Assembly (NCBI GenBank): GCA_002788775.1
Contig: PFRX01000006.1
Span: 5,033 to 69,032 of the forward strand
Length of the DNA stretch: 64,000 bases
Reading direction: 5' to 3'
Source: Candidatus Peregrinibacteria bacterium CG_4_9_14_0_2_um_filter_53_11
Lineage (GTDB): Bacteria; Patescibacteriota; Gracilibacteria; UBA1369; UM-FILTER-53-11
Both the position numbers and the translations under genes were made by a program. Every line of letters starts with the position of its first letter. The first letter of the stretch is position 1. This document shows positions 55,466-64,000 of this stretch, in pieces. The notes beneath the pieces are model-generated. The model was not told the DNA's origin. It worked only from the letters and a program-made list of their open reading frames with translations, and did no database searches.

Positions 55466-56545
55466 TCAAATGGAAGTTTTAAGCACCTCTCTCAGGTGGG
55501 TTTTCAGATGGGCGGCAGCCTTGCCAAGCTTCTCGCGGGCTCCTACCGAGTGGGCTTTGAGCTCACTTGAGGGGGTCTTGCTCGATTCTATGAGTTCGGC
55601 CAGATTAAGCCCCTTGCACTCTAGCGCTTTAATGTCTCCGAACTGCTCCCAGAATGCTTTCGACTTTGTCATATAGTTCAGCGGGATCAGGGCCGCATTA
55701 GAGAGGATCGAGAAGATTCCGGCATGAAGTCTCATCGCATAGATTAGTTCAGCGCCGAAAAGTTTTTGACTAATCATCCGTCTATCCGAACTAAATGGGT
55801 GTACGATGGCAGCTTTTTTATTCACCATTTGTTCAATAATTTTATTCATAAAATGGCCATCACTTCCCGTCTTTTTATCGAAGGGAAGAAATACTATTCT
55901 ATATCTGTAATTTTGCACTAGAAAATCGGCAAACTGTGCACAAATTTTGATCATATTTTCAGTGAATAACTTAAAAGGTCGAAGGGCGAAAATAACATAC
56001 TTTTCACTCTCCGGTCTATTCTCAATCTGAGCGTAAGCAAACTCAGAGCAGAAGTAGCTCAGATCCGGGCCTGCCACTACTCCCTCTCGCCAGCCTGAGA
56101 ATTTTTTTAGGGTTCTTCTATCGCGCACCGAGACAAGCCGTGCAACCCTGACCAGTCTCTGTGTGGCCCAGCTGCTTACTGCCCCCATAGTGCCACTGCT
56201 TACCCCCAGTACGAGGACGGGCCTCTTTAGCAGGTAGTGTGCCACCAAGCCGTGTAGCGCCCAAAATAGGCCCGCCAGGGCACGTTCCTCGTCGGTGAAT
56301 AGCCCGCCGCCACCTATGACGACGATATCTGCCTCCCTCATAAGCCTATAGGGCCTCGCCCAGAGCTTCCAGTTAATCAGTGAGCGTAGAAACGATCGAA
56401 TGCCAAAAGGAAAAAGCCGCCCCTTTCCCATGGCGACCAGTTCTGCATCTGTAGTGAGCTCGGTAAAGAGTTCATGGAGACCGGACAAAAGAGCCTCGTC
56501 ACCGAGATTTCCCACTCCGTAATTACCACAGACAAGTATCTTCAC
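55466..56545 (-). CDS. csaB: Polysaccharide pyruvyl transferase (CsaB-like)
   Basis: 359 aa. The N-terminus MKILVCGNYGVGNLGDEALL is typical of the PS_pyruv_trans/CsaB family, followed by IGGGGLF. Confidence 0.75.
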   Translation of the reverse strand: MKILVCGNYGVGNLGDEALLSGLHELFTELTTDAELVAMGKGRLFPFGIRSFLRSLINWKLWARPYRLMREADIVVIGGGGLFTDEERALAGLFWALHGLVAHYLLKRPVLVLGVSSGTMGAVSSWATQRLVRVARLVSVRDRRTLKKFSGWREGVVAGPDLSYFCSEFAYAQIENRPESEKYVIFALRPFKLFTENMIKICAQFADFLVQNYRYRIVFLPFDKKTGSDGHFMNKIIEQMVNKKAAIVHPFSSDRRMISQKLFGAELIYAMRLHAGIFSILSNAALIPLNYMTKSKAFWEQFGDIKALECKGLNLAELIESSKTPSSELKAHSVGAREKLGKAAAHLKTHLREVLKTSI

Positions 56546-56554
56546 GCGGTAATA

Positions 56555-57076
56555 TTACTCCTGTTTTGCCGATTCTTCACCCTCTGGGCTCATCTTATCA
56601 GCTGAGGCTACCTCAGAAGCCATTTCTTCGGCGGGTGCGTCCTGCTCTGCGGCCATTTCCTGAGCCTCCTCGGCTGCCTCTTCCATATCCTCTGGAAGGT
56701 CAGCTACGATCATCTCTGGCTCTAAGCCATTCTTGTCGTTCTTATCGTAGAGACGGATTCGGTTCATTTCGCGGACATAGTAAAGCTTCGAGCGGCGTAC
56801 CTTAGCTTTGCGTACGATCTCAACCTTAACAACGTTAGGTGAGTGAATTGGGAAGATCTTCTCAACTCCAATACCACCAACTACCTTGCGTACGGTGAAG
56901 GTCTTGTTGACCCCGCCGCCGCTACCAACCTTAATAACAAGTCCCTCGAAGATCTGAATGCGCTCTTTGGTACCTTCAGTAATCTTCTGATGAACCTTGA
57001 CTGTGTAACCCGCCTCAACGCGAATTGCGTTTTTGCTGTATTGTGCCTGGTCTAGTTGATGGATAGTAGTATTCAC
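56555..57076 (-). CDS. rplS: 50S ribosomal protein L19 with acidic C-terminal extension
   Basis: 173 aa. L19 core [63 protein letters not shown], plus a ~55-aa Glu/Ala-rich tail. Confidence 0.93.
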   Translation of the reverse strand: MNTTIHQLDQAQYSKNAIRVEAGYTVKVHQKITEGTKERIQIFEGLVIKVGSGGGVNKTFTVRKVVGGIGVEKIFPIHSPNVVKVEIVRKAKVRRSKLYYVREMNRIRLYDKNDKNGLEPEMIVADLPEDMEEAAEEAQEMAAEQDAPAEEMASEVASADKMSPEGEESAKQE

Positions 57077-57084
57077 GGGCGAGA

Positions 57085-57657
57085 CTATAACACTTCTTCA
57101 AGATACTTTTCAAGCTTATTCACTGCAATTACGTTTTCGGGATCTGCAAGCACCTCGCGGACAAACTTGTCGTTGATTTTTAGACGATAAAGAAAGTCTT
57201 CTTTCGTCATAATACTCATTTTGATAGGGTAGGTTGTGTCGAACTCCTTGTTAAAGAAGTCTTCAAGCTGATCCTTATCTATTGTGCCGACGGCAAAGAG
57301 ATCAGTCTGCGTGTGCTTTTCAAGGAAGACTCCCGAGAGGACGAGGAGGTCGAGATCACCCATCTTTTGGATCTTCTTTGCTATAGACTCGAGAGTTCCA
57401 GAGGTCTTGAGGATAATTGAACGCAGCTCATTAAAGAGGATGAAGTTCTTGTTTACGACGTAGAACTTCTTTCGGTTCTTCATTCGTGATTTCAGCAGAC
57501 CCACCGACTTAAGATTAGTGAGTTCACGTCGAACGGAATTTATCTGTTCGTCGAGCCTGCGTGTCAGCTCTCTTATAAAGTACTCTCCATCGGGGTTCAG
57601 GAGGAATAATTCGAGTAGTTTTATGCGCGCCTTAGATGTGAATAGTTTTTTGAGCAT
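57085..57657 (-). CDS. ArsR-like winged-helix transcriptional regulator with extra C-terminal domain
   Basis: 190 aa with N-terminal [47 protein letters not shown]. Confidence 0.6.
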   Translation of the reverse strand: MLKKLFTSKARIKLLELFLLNPDGEYFIRELTRRLDEQINSVRRELTNLKSVGLLKSRMKNRKKFYVVNKNFILFNELRSIILKTSGTLESIAKKIQKMGDLDLLVLSGVFLEKHTQTDLFAVGTIDKDQLEDFFNKEFDTTYPIKMSIMTKEDFLYRLKINDKFVREVLADPENVIAVNKLEKYLEEVL

Positions 57658-57878
57658 TTAATTTATTCAGGTGATCTTGAATGTATAAAAAAATATAACA
57701 CCGGTCAAGTTTATCGTAAAAAATGTGTGCACCAGTTGCGTTGATTTTAGGTAGTCAAAGTAGCCTTAGCGCCTCTATTTAAAGGGATTGCCATACATTT
57801 TTTTATTCAGTTTTTTCCTTCATTGCGGCGCAGTTTCCCGTGTACGTATGTCGTACTATTTTTGTGAACATACATGAA

Positions 57879-57910
57879 TAAAAAAAATACTCACTTTAGT
57901 AGTGAGTATT
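57879..57910 (-). terminator. Rho-independent terminator after the tig / small-membrane-protein unit
   Basis: The minus strand reads AATACTCACTactaaAGTGAGTATT followed by TTTTTTT. Confidence 0.65.
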
Positions 57911-57933
57911 TCCCTGCGAGCTTAAGTGTCGAG

Positions 57934-58182
57934 CTATATTATTCCTCCCGGCTGCTCCTCATCTTCGTGAGCTGCTCTTAATAATGCTGCTATAAATCCT
58001 GAGTAGAAGGCTCCTGCCAGCACCCCCAGGAGAGCTATGCCAAATATCATGAGTGTTCCGTTTGTATCAACTTCGCTGAAAAATATCGTGAAGCCACTCA
58101 GGGTTAGGCCAAAGTTCTGAAAGCCGATTATGAGTATTATGACCGAGAAGAGTATCGATCCAATAAGGTAAAACGTTTTCAT
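57934..58182 (-). CDS. Small two-TM membrane protein (LapA/DUF1049-like)
   Basis: The track ORF begins at TTG 58218. ATG 58182 (MKTFYLIGSILFSVIILIIGFQNF) lies 6 nt after TGTCATAAT (58197-58189, minus strand). Confidence 0.45.
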   Translation of the reverse strand: MKTFYLIGSILFSVIILIIGFQNFGLTLSGFTIFFSEVDTNGTLMIFGIALLGVLAGAFYSGFIAALLRAAHEDEEQPGGII

Positions 58183-58188
58183 ATGAAC

Positions 58189-58197
58189 ATTATGACA
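58189..58197 (-). promoter_or_regulatory. Extended -10 element TGTCATAAT, 6 nt before ATG 58182
   Basis: The reverse complement reads ccaTGTCATAATgttcatATG. Confidence 0.4.
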
Positions 58198-58257
58198 TGG
58201 TAAAAGGAGTGTTGGCAAGTCTCCAGCACTCCTTTCGTACTTGGGTTGGGGGCCCCT

Positions 58258-59538
58258 CTACTCTTCTTTGAGGAAGCGCTCCATCAGTTTCTCGAGCGCT
58301 AGGTTGTTCTGGAGCCGCGCAAAGACTCCACGCTTCTGTTTAAGTTCCTTTTCAATCTCGGCCTTCTGCTCTGCGGGTACGCTGGCGAGCAGCTTCTCTT
58401 CCGCCTTTTTCATCTCCTCATCACTCACCTCAATAGGCAGTGTTCGGAAGAGGTGGTTCAGTACGAGCCTTAATTTCACGCGCTTCTCTGCCTCTGGCCT
58501 ATACTCCTTCATTGGATCATTGCCCTGCTTTTCAAGCTGCTCCAGGAACATCTTGAAGTCACCTCCCTGCTGCTCGATCCGCTTTTTAAGATCGACCATC
58601 ATATACTCTACCTCCTCATCAACAAGAAGAGGTGGGAGGTCGAGGGAGGCTTTGTCCAGAAGCGTATCGAAGAGTTTATTCTCTCGCTCTTCCCGGGCCT
58701 TCTTGTCCTTCTGGCCTTTTATATCGCTCTGAACCGCCTCTCTGAGCTCAGCGGCTGTCTTTTTGGCACCGAGAATTTTCTCGATGAACTCTTCTGTCAG
58801 CTCCGGGAGCATGACCTCATCTCCTTTCTGGATGGTCACCTCAAAGGTAACCTGTTTTTTCTGGAAAGGTTTGTGGTGGTAGTCTTTTGGAAAGATTAGC
58901 GGGAACTTCTTCGTCTCCCCTACTTTCATCTCCACAAGCTCGTCCTCAAATCCGGGGATGAGTGTTCCCTCGCCTACGAAAAGAGGGTGATTTTTGCTGG
59001 CCGTACTCTCAAGCTCCGCTCCCCCCTTGTCGAATCCCTTAAAATCGATCTCGAGACGGTCTCCCTTCTTAACGGGGCGTTCGAGAGGAGTGTAGGTGGC
59101 GTGGTAACGGAGGAGCTGGTTGATAACCTCATCGATCTCCTTGTCATCGACGGCTACCTTCTCAACGGGCACCTTGAGTTTTTCGATACCCTTGATCTTA
59201 ATTTCGGGGAAGAGGGCGATCTCGGCCTCAAAGGTGACGGGGTCGTTGTTGGTGATCTTGACCCGTGGTGGTGAGATCGGCTCCAGCCCTTCCTTCTTTA
59301 CCGCCTCAAGATAGAGATCGGGAAGTGCGCGATTGACCGCCTCTTCGAAGAAGCGTTCGGCACCAACGTGCGAGATGACTATGTACTTTGGGGCCTGCCC
59401 CTGGCGGAAGCCGGGGATCTTAACTCTCTCTGAGATGAGTTTTGCGGCCTCTTCCTCGTAGGGTACCAGTACTTCCTTTGGGACCTCAACCGTGAGGAGA
59501 ACCTGTGAGTTCGGGAGCTTTTTAGTAATTGTAATCAT
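58258..59538 (-). CDS. tig: Trigger factor
   Basis: 426 aa. N-terminal ribosome-binding region with GFRQGQAPK, a central FKBP-like GDRLEIDFKGF, and a helical C-terminal arm. Confidence 0.9.
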   Translation of the reverse strand: MITITKKLPNSQVLLTVEVPKEVLVPYEEEAAKLISERVKIPGFRQGQAPKYIVISHVGAERFFEEAVNRALPDLYLEAVKKEGLEPISPPRVKITNNDPVTFEAEIALFPEIKIKGIEKLKVPVEKVAVDDKEIDEVINQLLRYHATYTPLERPVKKGDRLEIDFKGFDKGGAELESTASKNHPLFVGEGTLIPGFEDELVEMKVGETKKFPLIFPKDYHHKPFQKKQVTFEVTIQKGDEVMLPELTEEFIEKILGAKKTAAELREAVQSDIKGQKDKKAREERENKLFDTLLDKASLDLPPLLVDEEVEYMMVDLKKRIEQQGGDFKMFLEQLEKQGNDPMKEYRPEAEKRVKLRLVLNHLFRTLPIEVSDEEMKKAEEKLLASVPAEQKAEIEKELKQKRGVFARLQNNLALEKLMERFLKEE

Positions 59539-59567
59539 GCGCGCACATTAGCATAGTGGCCTCGAGA

Positions 59568-59596
59568 TTGACAAATAATTTTATGTATGCATAATA
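59568..59596 (+). promoter_or_regulatory. Promoter TTGACA-17-ATAATA, 7 nt before ATG 59604
   Basis: TTGACAaataattttatgtatgcATAATAatactctATG. Confidence 0.5.
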
Positions 59597-59603
59597 ATAC
59601 TCT

Positions 59604-60317
59604 ATGCCAAACCGACCAAACGGCCCTTCGGGGCGACCACAACAGCCACCCGCCGCGCCAGCTCAACAGCCTCAGCAGCCCGCTCAGCAGGGTCCGAATC
59701 CGGCACCTCAAGCACAGGGCGGCCCGGTCCCGCCTATAGCTCCTGTTGCCCCCGCGCCACCAGCTCGTCCGCCTATACCACGAAGGGCACCGGGTGGTCT
59801 TCCGCCAATGCCACCTATCGGAGGTCTTCCCACTCGTCCTCAGCGCTCCCCTCTTGAGGTCACGGTCGACTGGGTCCGCTCAAATCCTCGCCTTACGGCA
59901 ATTTTGGCTATGCTTGCCCTTGCCGCAGCCGCGGGAACGGTCGCTGTTACCGGTTACCAAAGGAGCAGGCGTGAATATGACGCCACTGTTGAGCTCGCTG
60001 ACCGTGAACGTGAGCTCAAAGAGCGCCCACGTCGTACCATCGCGGTTGATGGAAGTATCTTTAAACCCTCTGCCACCTCCCCCACCCCAACAGCCGGACT
60101 GTCGAGTGGAACGGCTGTGATTGATGGAACGGGAAAACTCTACCCTGCCACAGTTGAGGTGGTTAAGTGTGCTCCACTTGGAACTCAGTTTACGGTCAGA
60201 CTAAAGGTAACGGTTCAGGCTCCCGGCGGTCCTGTAGACTATGAGACTCAAGATTTTCTCGTCCAAATTCCCGGGGCGCATGCCGGCTTTTCCGATCATG
60301 CAACGTTAACTCAGTAA
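59604..60317 (+). CDS. Hypothetical single-pass membrane protein with Pro/Gln-rich N-terminus
   Basis: 237 aa. About 90 aa of low-complexity PQ-rich sequence, a TM (LTAILAMLALAAAAGTVAVTGY), then a ~120-aa external domain. Confidence 0.5.
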   Translation: MPNRPNGPSGRPQQPPAAPAQQPQQPAQQGPNPAPQAQGGPVPPIAPVAPAPPARPPIPRRAPGGLPPMPPIGGLPTRPQRSPLEVTVDWVRSNPRLTAILAMLALAAAAGTVAVTGYQRSRREYDATVELADRERELKERPRRTIAVDGSIFKPSATSPTPTAGLSSGTAVIDGTGKLYPATVEVVKCAPLGTQFTVRLKVTVQAPGGPVDYETQDFLVQIPGAHAGFSDHATLTQ

Positions 60318-60320
60318 GTT

Positions 60321-61415
60321 ATGGCGCTACCTCCCGATCGACTTCGCTACGGCTCCGAGCTTCCCACTGAGCAGCCACTCGAGAGGGTGCCTTTGACTAT
60401 AGACTGGAATAACGTTATTGCCTGGTGGAACTCCGCGCGTCCTGACGATCGAGCTCTCTTTAATCTGGTTACTACCGGGGATCGAATGTCTCCCCCCGAT
60501 CTCACAGGCGATCCGGGAAATCGCACCTACCTGCTCTATCTCCAGCTTCTTGCTGATGCTGCCCACCGTGCGCATGACGAGGACCTCTGGACCGAGGGCT
60601 TTTGGGATGTTGGGCAGCAGCTCCGCCAGAGTGCGGGAGGGCCGGTGAGCGGTCTCGTCTCTGTTTACCTTGGTATTCAGACAGAGGCCCATAATGCGGT
60701 ACCGGCCGGTATGGATCCCGACCCTCGTGATCTCGCCTCCCATTTCGCACATCTGGCTGTTGTCGGCTCTCGTCCCCAACTTGCCGCACCACCTTCGCGT
60801 CTTTCCTTCACTCCCAATGCTGCCGCTCGCTTGGGGCGTCAGCTCCCGGCTCTTAAAGCTACTCTTACTCGTGGACAGGCAACCACCACCACAATTAAGA
60901 ATCTCGCAGCACTCTGTGATCTCACGACAGAGGATCTTAGCCATTTGTTAGGTTTTCTGAGAAGCGAACTTGGCAGCTATAGTGGAAGGCAGCTGCGCAG
61001 TATGGAGGCTCTGATTCTCAGCGTTGAGGGCGTCATCGCCGAGGCTCTCTCTATCCAGCTTGCGGCCGTTGCTGAGGCTGATCTACTTGTCCAGGCGCAG
61101 CTGCTCGTGGGCAACCTACTGTACCGTCCTCTTCACGAATTTGATCGGAACCGTGCTGCTCTTCTTGAGGAGCTGGCCGGCAAAAGGCCTCCAGAGCCTC
61201 AGCCAGCTGCGGCTGGAGGTGCACCTGAGCCGAGAGTGCCCGGCGGCCCGTCTTTGCAAGATGTCGGACTGCGTGGCATATTATCACGAAACCTTCCTTG
61301 GGCCGCGAAGCTCATTGTCGGAATCGCCACACTCTCCGAGCTTCTCGAGGGAAATCTCTTTGGCATGGATCGCCGCGATTCTGATGATAATGGTGGGGCG
61401 CCTCGTGCCTCTTAG
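60321..61415 (+). CDS. Hypothetical protein
   Basis: 364 aa, starting 4 nt after the upstream stop. No motif recognised. There is a hydrophobic segment near the C-terminus (LPWAAKLIVGIATLSELL). Confidence 0.5.
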   Translation: MALPPDRLRYGSELPTEQPLERVPLTIDWNNVIAWWNSARPDDRALFNLVTTGDRMSPPDLTGDPGNRTYLLYLQLLADAAHRAHDEDLWTEGFWDVGQQLRQSAGGPVSGLVSVYLGIQTEAHNAVPAGMDPDPRDLASHFAHLAVVGSRPQLAAPPSRLSFTPNAAARLGRQLPALKATLTRGQATTTTIKNLAALCDLTTEDLSHLLGFLRSELGSYSGRQLRSMEALILSVEGVIAEALSIQLAAVAEADLLVQAQLLVGNLLYRPLHEFDRNRAALLEELAGKRPPEPQPAAAGGAPEPRVPGGPSLQDVGLRGILSRNLPWAAKLIVGIATLSELLEGNLFGMDRRDSDDNGGAPRAS

Positions 61416-61448
61416 TCTGTTCACACTTCGCACTCATAGCCATGCCTG

Positions 61449-61477
61449 TTGATAAAACTAAGGTTTTTTGGTATAAT
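61449..61477 (+). promoter_or_regulatory. Near-consensus promoter TTGATA-17-(TGg)TATAAT
   Basis: TTGATAaaactaaggttttttggTATAAT, with a 24-nt A-rich leader to ATG 61502. Confidence 0.6.
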
Positions 61478-61501
61478 TGGGAGATAAAAAAATAAATATC
61501 C

Positions 61502-64000
61502 ATGGCTCTATTCAAACACCCCAGCTCTCTTAGATACACTTCAGCGTCACTTCTTCCCCAGCGGTTGGTTTTTGATAACCTTCCCGCAGGTGGATTAGAG
61601 ATGGCTTCCGAGCCGGATTTTTCCGAGGGCATTGATGCTGCACTTCAGCGACAGGCGGCCCGGGAATTTGCATCAAAAATGGCTCAGGCAGAGGCTTCTC
61701 ATGAACGCGGAGTCCTTGCAAAAGCGCATGAGCGTGATCGTGCGGATACTGAGCGACTTTCTGTTCAGAAGGATACTTCCTATAGAGCCGTTGAGATTGC
61801 CGAGCAGATTGAGGATAACGAAAAGGTGGATGAGTCGGGTGCTCCAAAGGAGTATGTCGAGACTCTTAAGTCCTCACCTAAATTTGAGCGTGTCGTTGTC
61901 ATCCTCCGTAACGGAATTGAGCATGCAGGCGAAGAGAGCATCTTTAATTACAAACTCTGGCCGGCCCGCATTCCACCCGAAAAGGTAGCGGCCGTTTTTG
62001 AGGGACAGGGAGATCCTGCCCTTGGAGAGCTGTTTTACTTTATGCCTAAGGGCAAGGGCCGTCTCCGTTTTATTGCCGGACTTACGGCCGAACCGAACAG
62101 CAGTGAGTTTAAAGAGAGCCATGAGGCACTTCGCGCTCTTGTTGAGACTATAGATAAGAGGATGGAAAAGGAGAACTCAGCTCGAGCTTCACTTGAAAAG
62201 GAGCAGAATGAGCCGATGCTGGGTTACACAGCCAAAGAGATGAAGGACACCTTCATGAATAACTGGCGCAACGCTAAGGGTGTTGAAAAGCTGGCTCTTG
62301 GTGGAGCCGTCGTCGCCTCACTCTATATATTGTGGAGTTGGAAGGATGAGACGATACCCGGAACCGACTGGAAGCTCAGCTCCATCGGAAAGATGGCCGG
62401 TGTCGCCTACCTTCTTAACCTTCTCTCCGGAAAGCTCGCCCCCGATGGCAAGACGCTTCTCAACCGCGTAGACCTTGGTCCTGACCTTGGTGTGGATGAG
62501 CTTGAAGACGATATGATTAAGGGATATGCCCTTGATCAGGGAATGGACGACGACAAGACCAAGCTTCATACCTTCCAGGCTGCAGCGCAGCTTGACGTGA
62601 GGAGTCTCTTCTCAAGTTACAAGAGGACCTTTTCTTCCCCATCACACGTCAAAAAGGAGATCTCAGGACGCGAGCTCGGCCTTCCCGAGAGTAAGATCAA
62701 CGGTGAGGATATGTATGAGATTATGGATGATCTGGTCCGCACCACCGGTGCCAACCTCGCGATTCAGCAGATGATGGAGGAGAAGGGTGTCACCCATCCT
62801 AGTAAACTTGATCAAGGTGAGCTTAAAAATCGTATTGCTTACGCAACTCAGGACGATCAGGCCATTGCCGCCTTTCAGCAAAAGTACCTTTACGGCTCTC
62901 TTGCGGGAACCGAGCAGTCGCTCCTTCGTGCCGTTGTTAATGAGTACGGTGATGACGACTTCCGCGCCGTTAGAGGCAAGAAATCTCTCAGTGCAACGGT
63001 TTCAACCTATGAAAAGAGTAAGCTAACCACCAGAGGCATTGAGACGGTAAAGGGCGCTGCAAGAAGTACTAAGGAGTGGGTTACCGATGACGCTTATCCT
63101 TGGGTTGTTGGTGCCGGCGCAAGCGTCTACGGTTTTACTCGAGATAAGGTTGCAGGCCCCATCGCGAACTTCGCCTCACGCAAGTACAATGAGTATGCGC
63201 CCGTCGTCTCAGGGGCCATCCGCGAGAAGCGCTCATACTTCCAGGAACGTGATCTTAATCAGGTGCTACCTCCCGACATGCTCGCTGCCGTCCCCACCTA
63301 TGGAAAGGCAACCGTGCTCGGCTATCCCAACATCTCGATCGAAACCAAAGAAGATGCCAATGGTAATGACCTGGTCATTATTGACGGCATAACCTTTGAG
63401 CGAGCCAAGGGGCCCGACGGTACTACTGCCGAACGACAGCAACTCGAGGCTAAGATTAAGGCCCGTGTTGTTACTGCCATTGCCACAAACCCAGCTGCCG
63501 CTGCTCTCATCGGCAGTCGAAGTCCTCAGTGGAGTGTTGGAGAAAAGGCCTGGATCGTGAGCGGTATTCCCATGGGCGGCAATCCCGCCATGGGGCTTGC
63601 CTCGCAGCCCCATGATCTGCGCATTACGATTGATGCGAATGAGAAGCCTCACTTTTTCAGTAACTCAAAAGAAGTTATCGATTTTTCGAAACTCGACCTT
63701 GTTCACACTCATAGTGAGGTTGAGCGTCGAATCTGGGACGATCCGGCCTACAGTGTCCTCAAGGGGCTCGAGGTAAAGGTAACCGGTATTGCCGGAACGC
63801 CCGCAGTGATCGAGGGAACGATCGCCGGCCTGAAGTTCAAAGCTGTTCCTCGCGCCGCCTCCCTGATTAATGGGGTTGCGTTCTATGATGGAACAGCTGT
63901 TGGAGGTCTGGAGAAGCTTGCACTTACCCAGGCAAACGGCGGAGATGAGTTCTTGGCCACTAAGACGGCTGCCATCCTAAACGACGGCACCTTCCTTAAT
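61502..64000 (+). CDS. Large hypothetical membrane-associated protein (5' partial view; continues beyond the window)
   Basis: Not in the supplied track because there is no in-window stop. I read 833 consecutive sense codons by hand from ATG 61502 to 64000. A consensus promoter lies 25 nt upstream. Hydrophobic segments are LALGGAVVASLYILWSW and MAGVAYLLNLLSG. Confidence 0.6.
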   Translation, partial: MALFKHPSSLRYTSASLLPQRLVFDNLPAGGLEMASEPDFSEGIDAALQRQAAREFASKMAQAEASHERGVLAKAHERDRADTERLSVQKDTSYRAVEIAEQIEDNEKVDESGAPKEYVETLKSSPKFERVVVILRNGIEHAGEESIFNYKLWPARIPPEKVAAVFEGQGDPALGELFYFMPKGKGRLRFIAGLTAEPNSSEFKESHEALRALVETIDKRMEKENSARASLEKEQNEPMLGYTAKEMKDTFMNNWRNAKGVEKLALGGAVVASLYILWSWKDETIPGTDWKLSSIGKMAGVAYLLNLLSGKLAPDGKTLLNRVDLGPDLGVDELEDDMIKGYALDQGMDDDKTKLHTFQAAAQLDVRSLFSSYKRTFSSPSHVKKEISGRELGLPESKINGEDMYEIMDDLVRTTGANLAIQQMMEEKGVTHPSKLDQGELKNRIAYATQDDQAIAAFQQKYLYGSLAGTEQSLLRAVVNEYGDDDFRAVRGKKSLSATVSTYEKSKLTTRGIETVKGAARSTKEWVTDDAYPWVVGAGASVYGFTRDKVAGPIANFASRKYNEYAPVVSGAIREKRSYFQERDLNQVLPPDMLAAVPTYGKATVLGYPNISIETKEDANGNDLVIIDGITFERAKGPDGTTAERQQLEAKIKARVVTAIATNPAAAALIGSRSPQWSVGEKAWIVSGIPMGGNPAMGLASQPHDLRITIDANEKPHFFSNSKEVIDFSKLDLVHTHSEVERRIWDDPAYSVLKGLEVKVTGIAGTPAVIEGTIAGLKFKAVPRAASLINGVAFYDGTAVGGLEKLALTQANGGDEFLATKTAAILNDGTFLN

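Noticed and set aside
1-64000. A scan for CRISPR arrays, rRNA genes, IS elements and toxin-antitoxin pairs.
   Set aside because: By eye I saw no regularly spaced direct repeats, no rRNA-like conserved blocks, no transposase or integrase ORFs and no typical small TA gene pairs. This was a manual scan, so short or degenerate elements could have been missed.

Overview
Gene-dense bacterial chromosome segment using the standard genetic code. I call about 51 CDS (one runs off the 3' end and is missing from the ORF track) and 2 tRNAs. I found no rRNA, CRISPR array, transposase or integrase. Most genes are housekeeping: nadA-nadC, dinB, rnhB, dnaE, aspS, tsaE, ruvB, clpC-like, rpsA, a UvrD-type helicase-nuclease, rmuC, infB, a dTDP-sugar cluster interrupted by proS, rplS and tig. 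The gene set looks like a reduced Patescibacteria/CPR (possibly Peregrinibacteria-like) genome: a sigma-region-4/HARE-HTH protein, a DUF5665-like protein, orphan TraD/VirD4-like ATPases, an INS-less ProRS and few Shine-Dalgarno sites. That lineage call is inference only. Parts worth a second look: (1) two full-length paralogous TraD/VirD4-like P-loop ATPases with no other secretion or conjugation genes; one is membrane-anchored next to a 3D/peptidoglycan-binding hydrolase, the other is soluble and followed by a translationally coupled pair of cysteine-rich proteins; (2) an envelope locus with a large thrombospondin-type-3/CDGxxDE-repeat lipoprotein and an upstream protein whose C-terminus looks like a beta-barrel ending in Phe; (3) an SLH-anchored M23 peptidase plus a CsaB-like pyruvyl transferase and a dTDP-sugar cluster; (4) a CIRCE-like inverted repeat and a separate tandem direct repeat on two promoters upstream of clpC; (5) recurrent TGnTATAAT boxes 6-11 nt from start codons, suggesting leaderless mRNAs; (6) a terminal block of three orphan membrane-associated proteins. 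All domain calls come from reading motifs in the supplied translations. No searches or computations were run.
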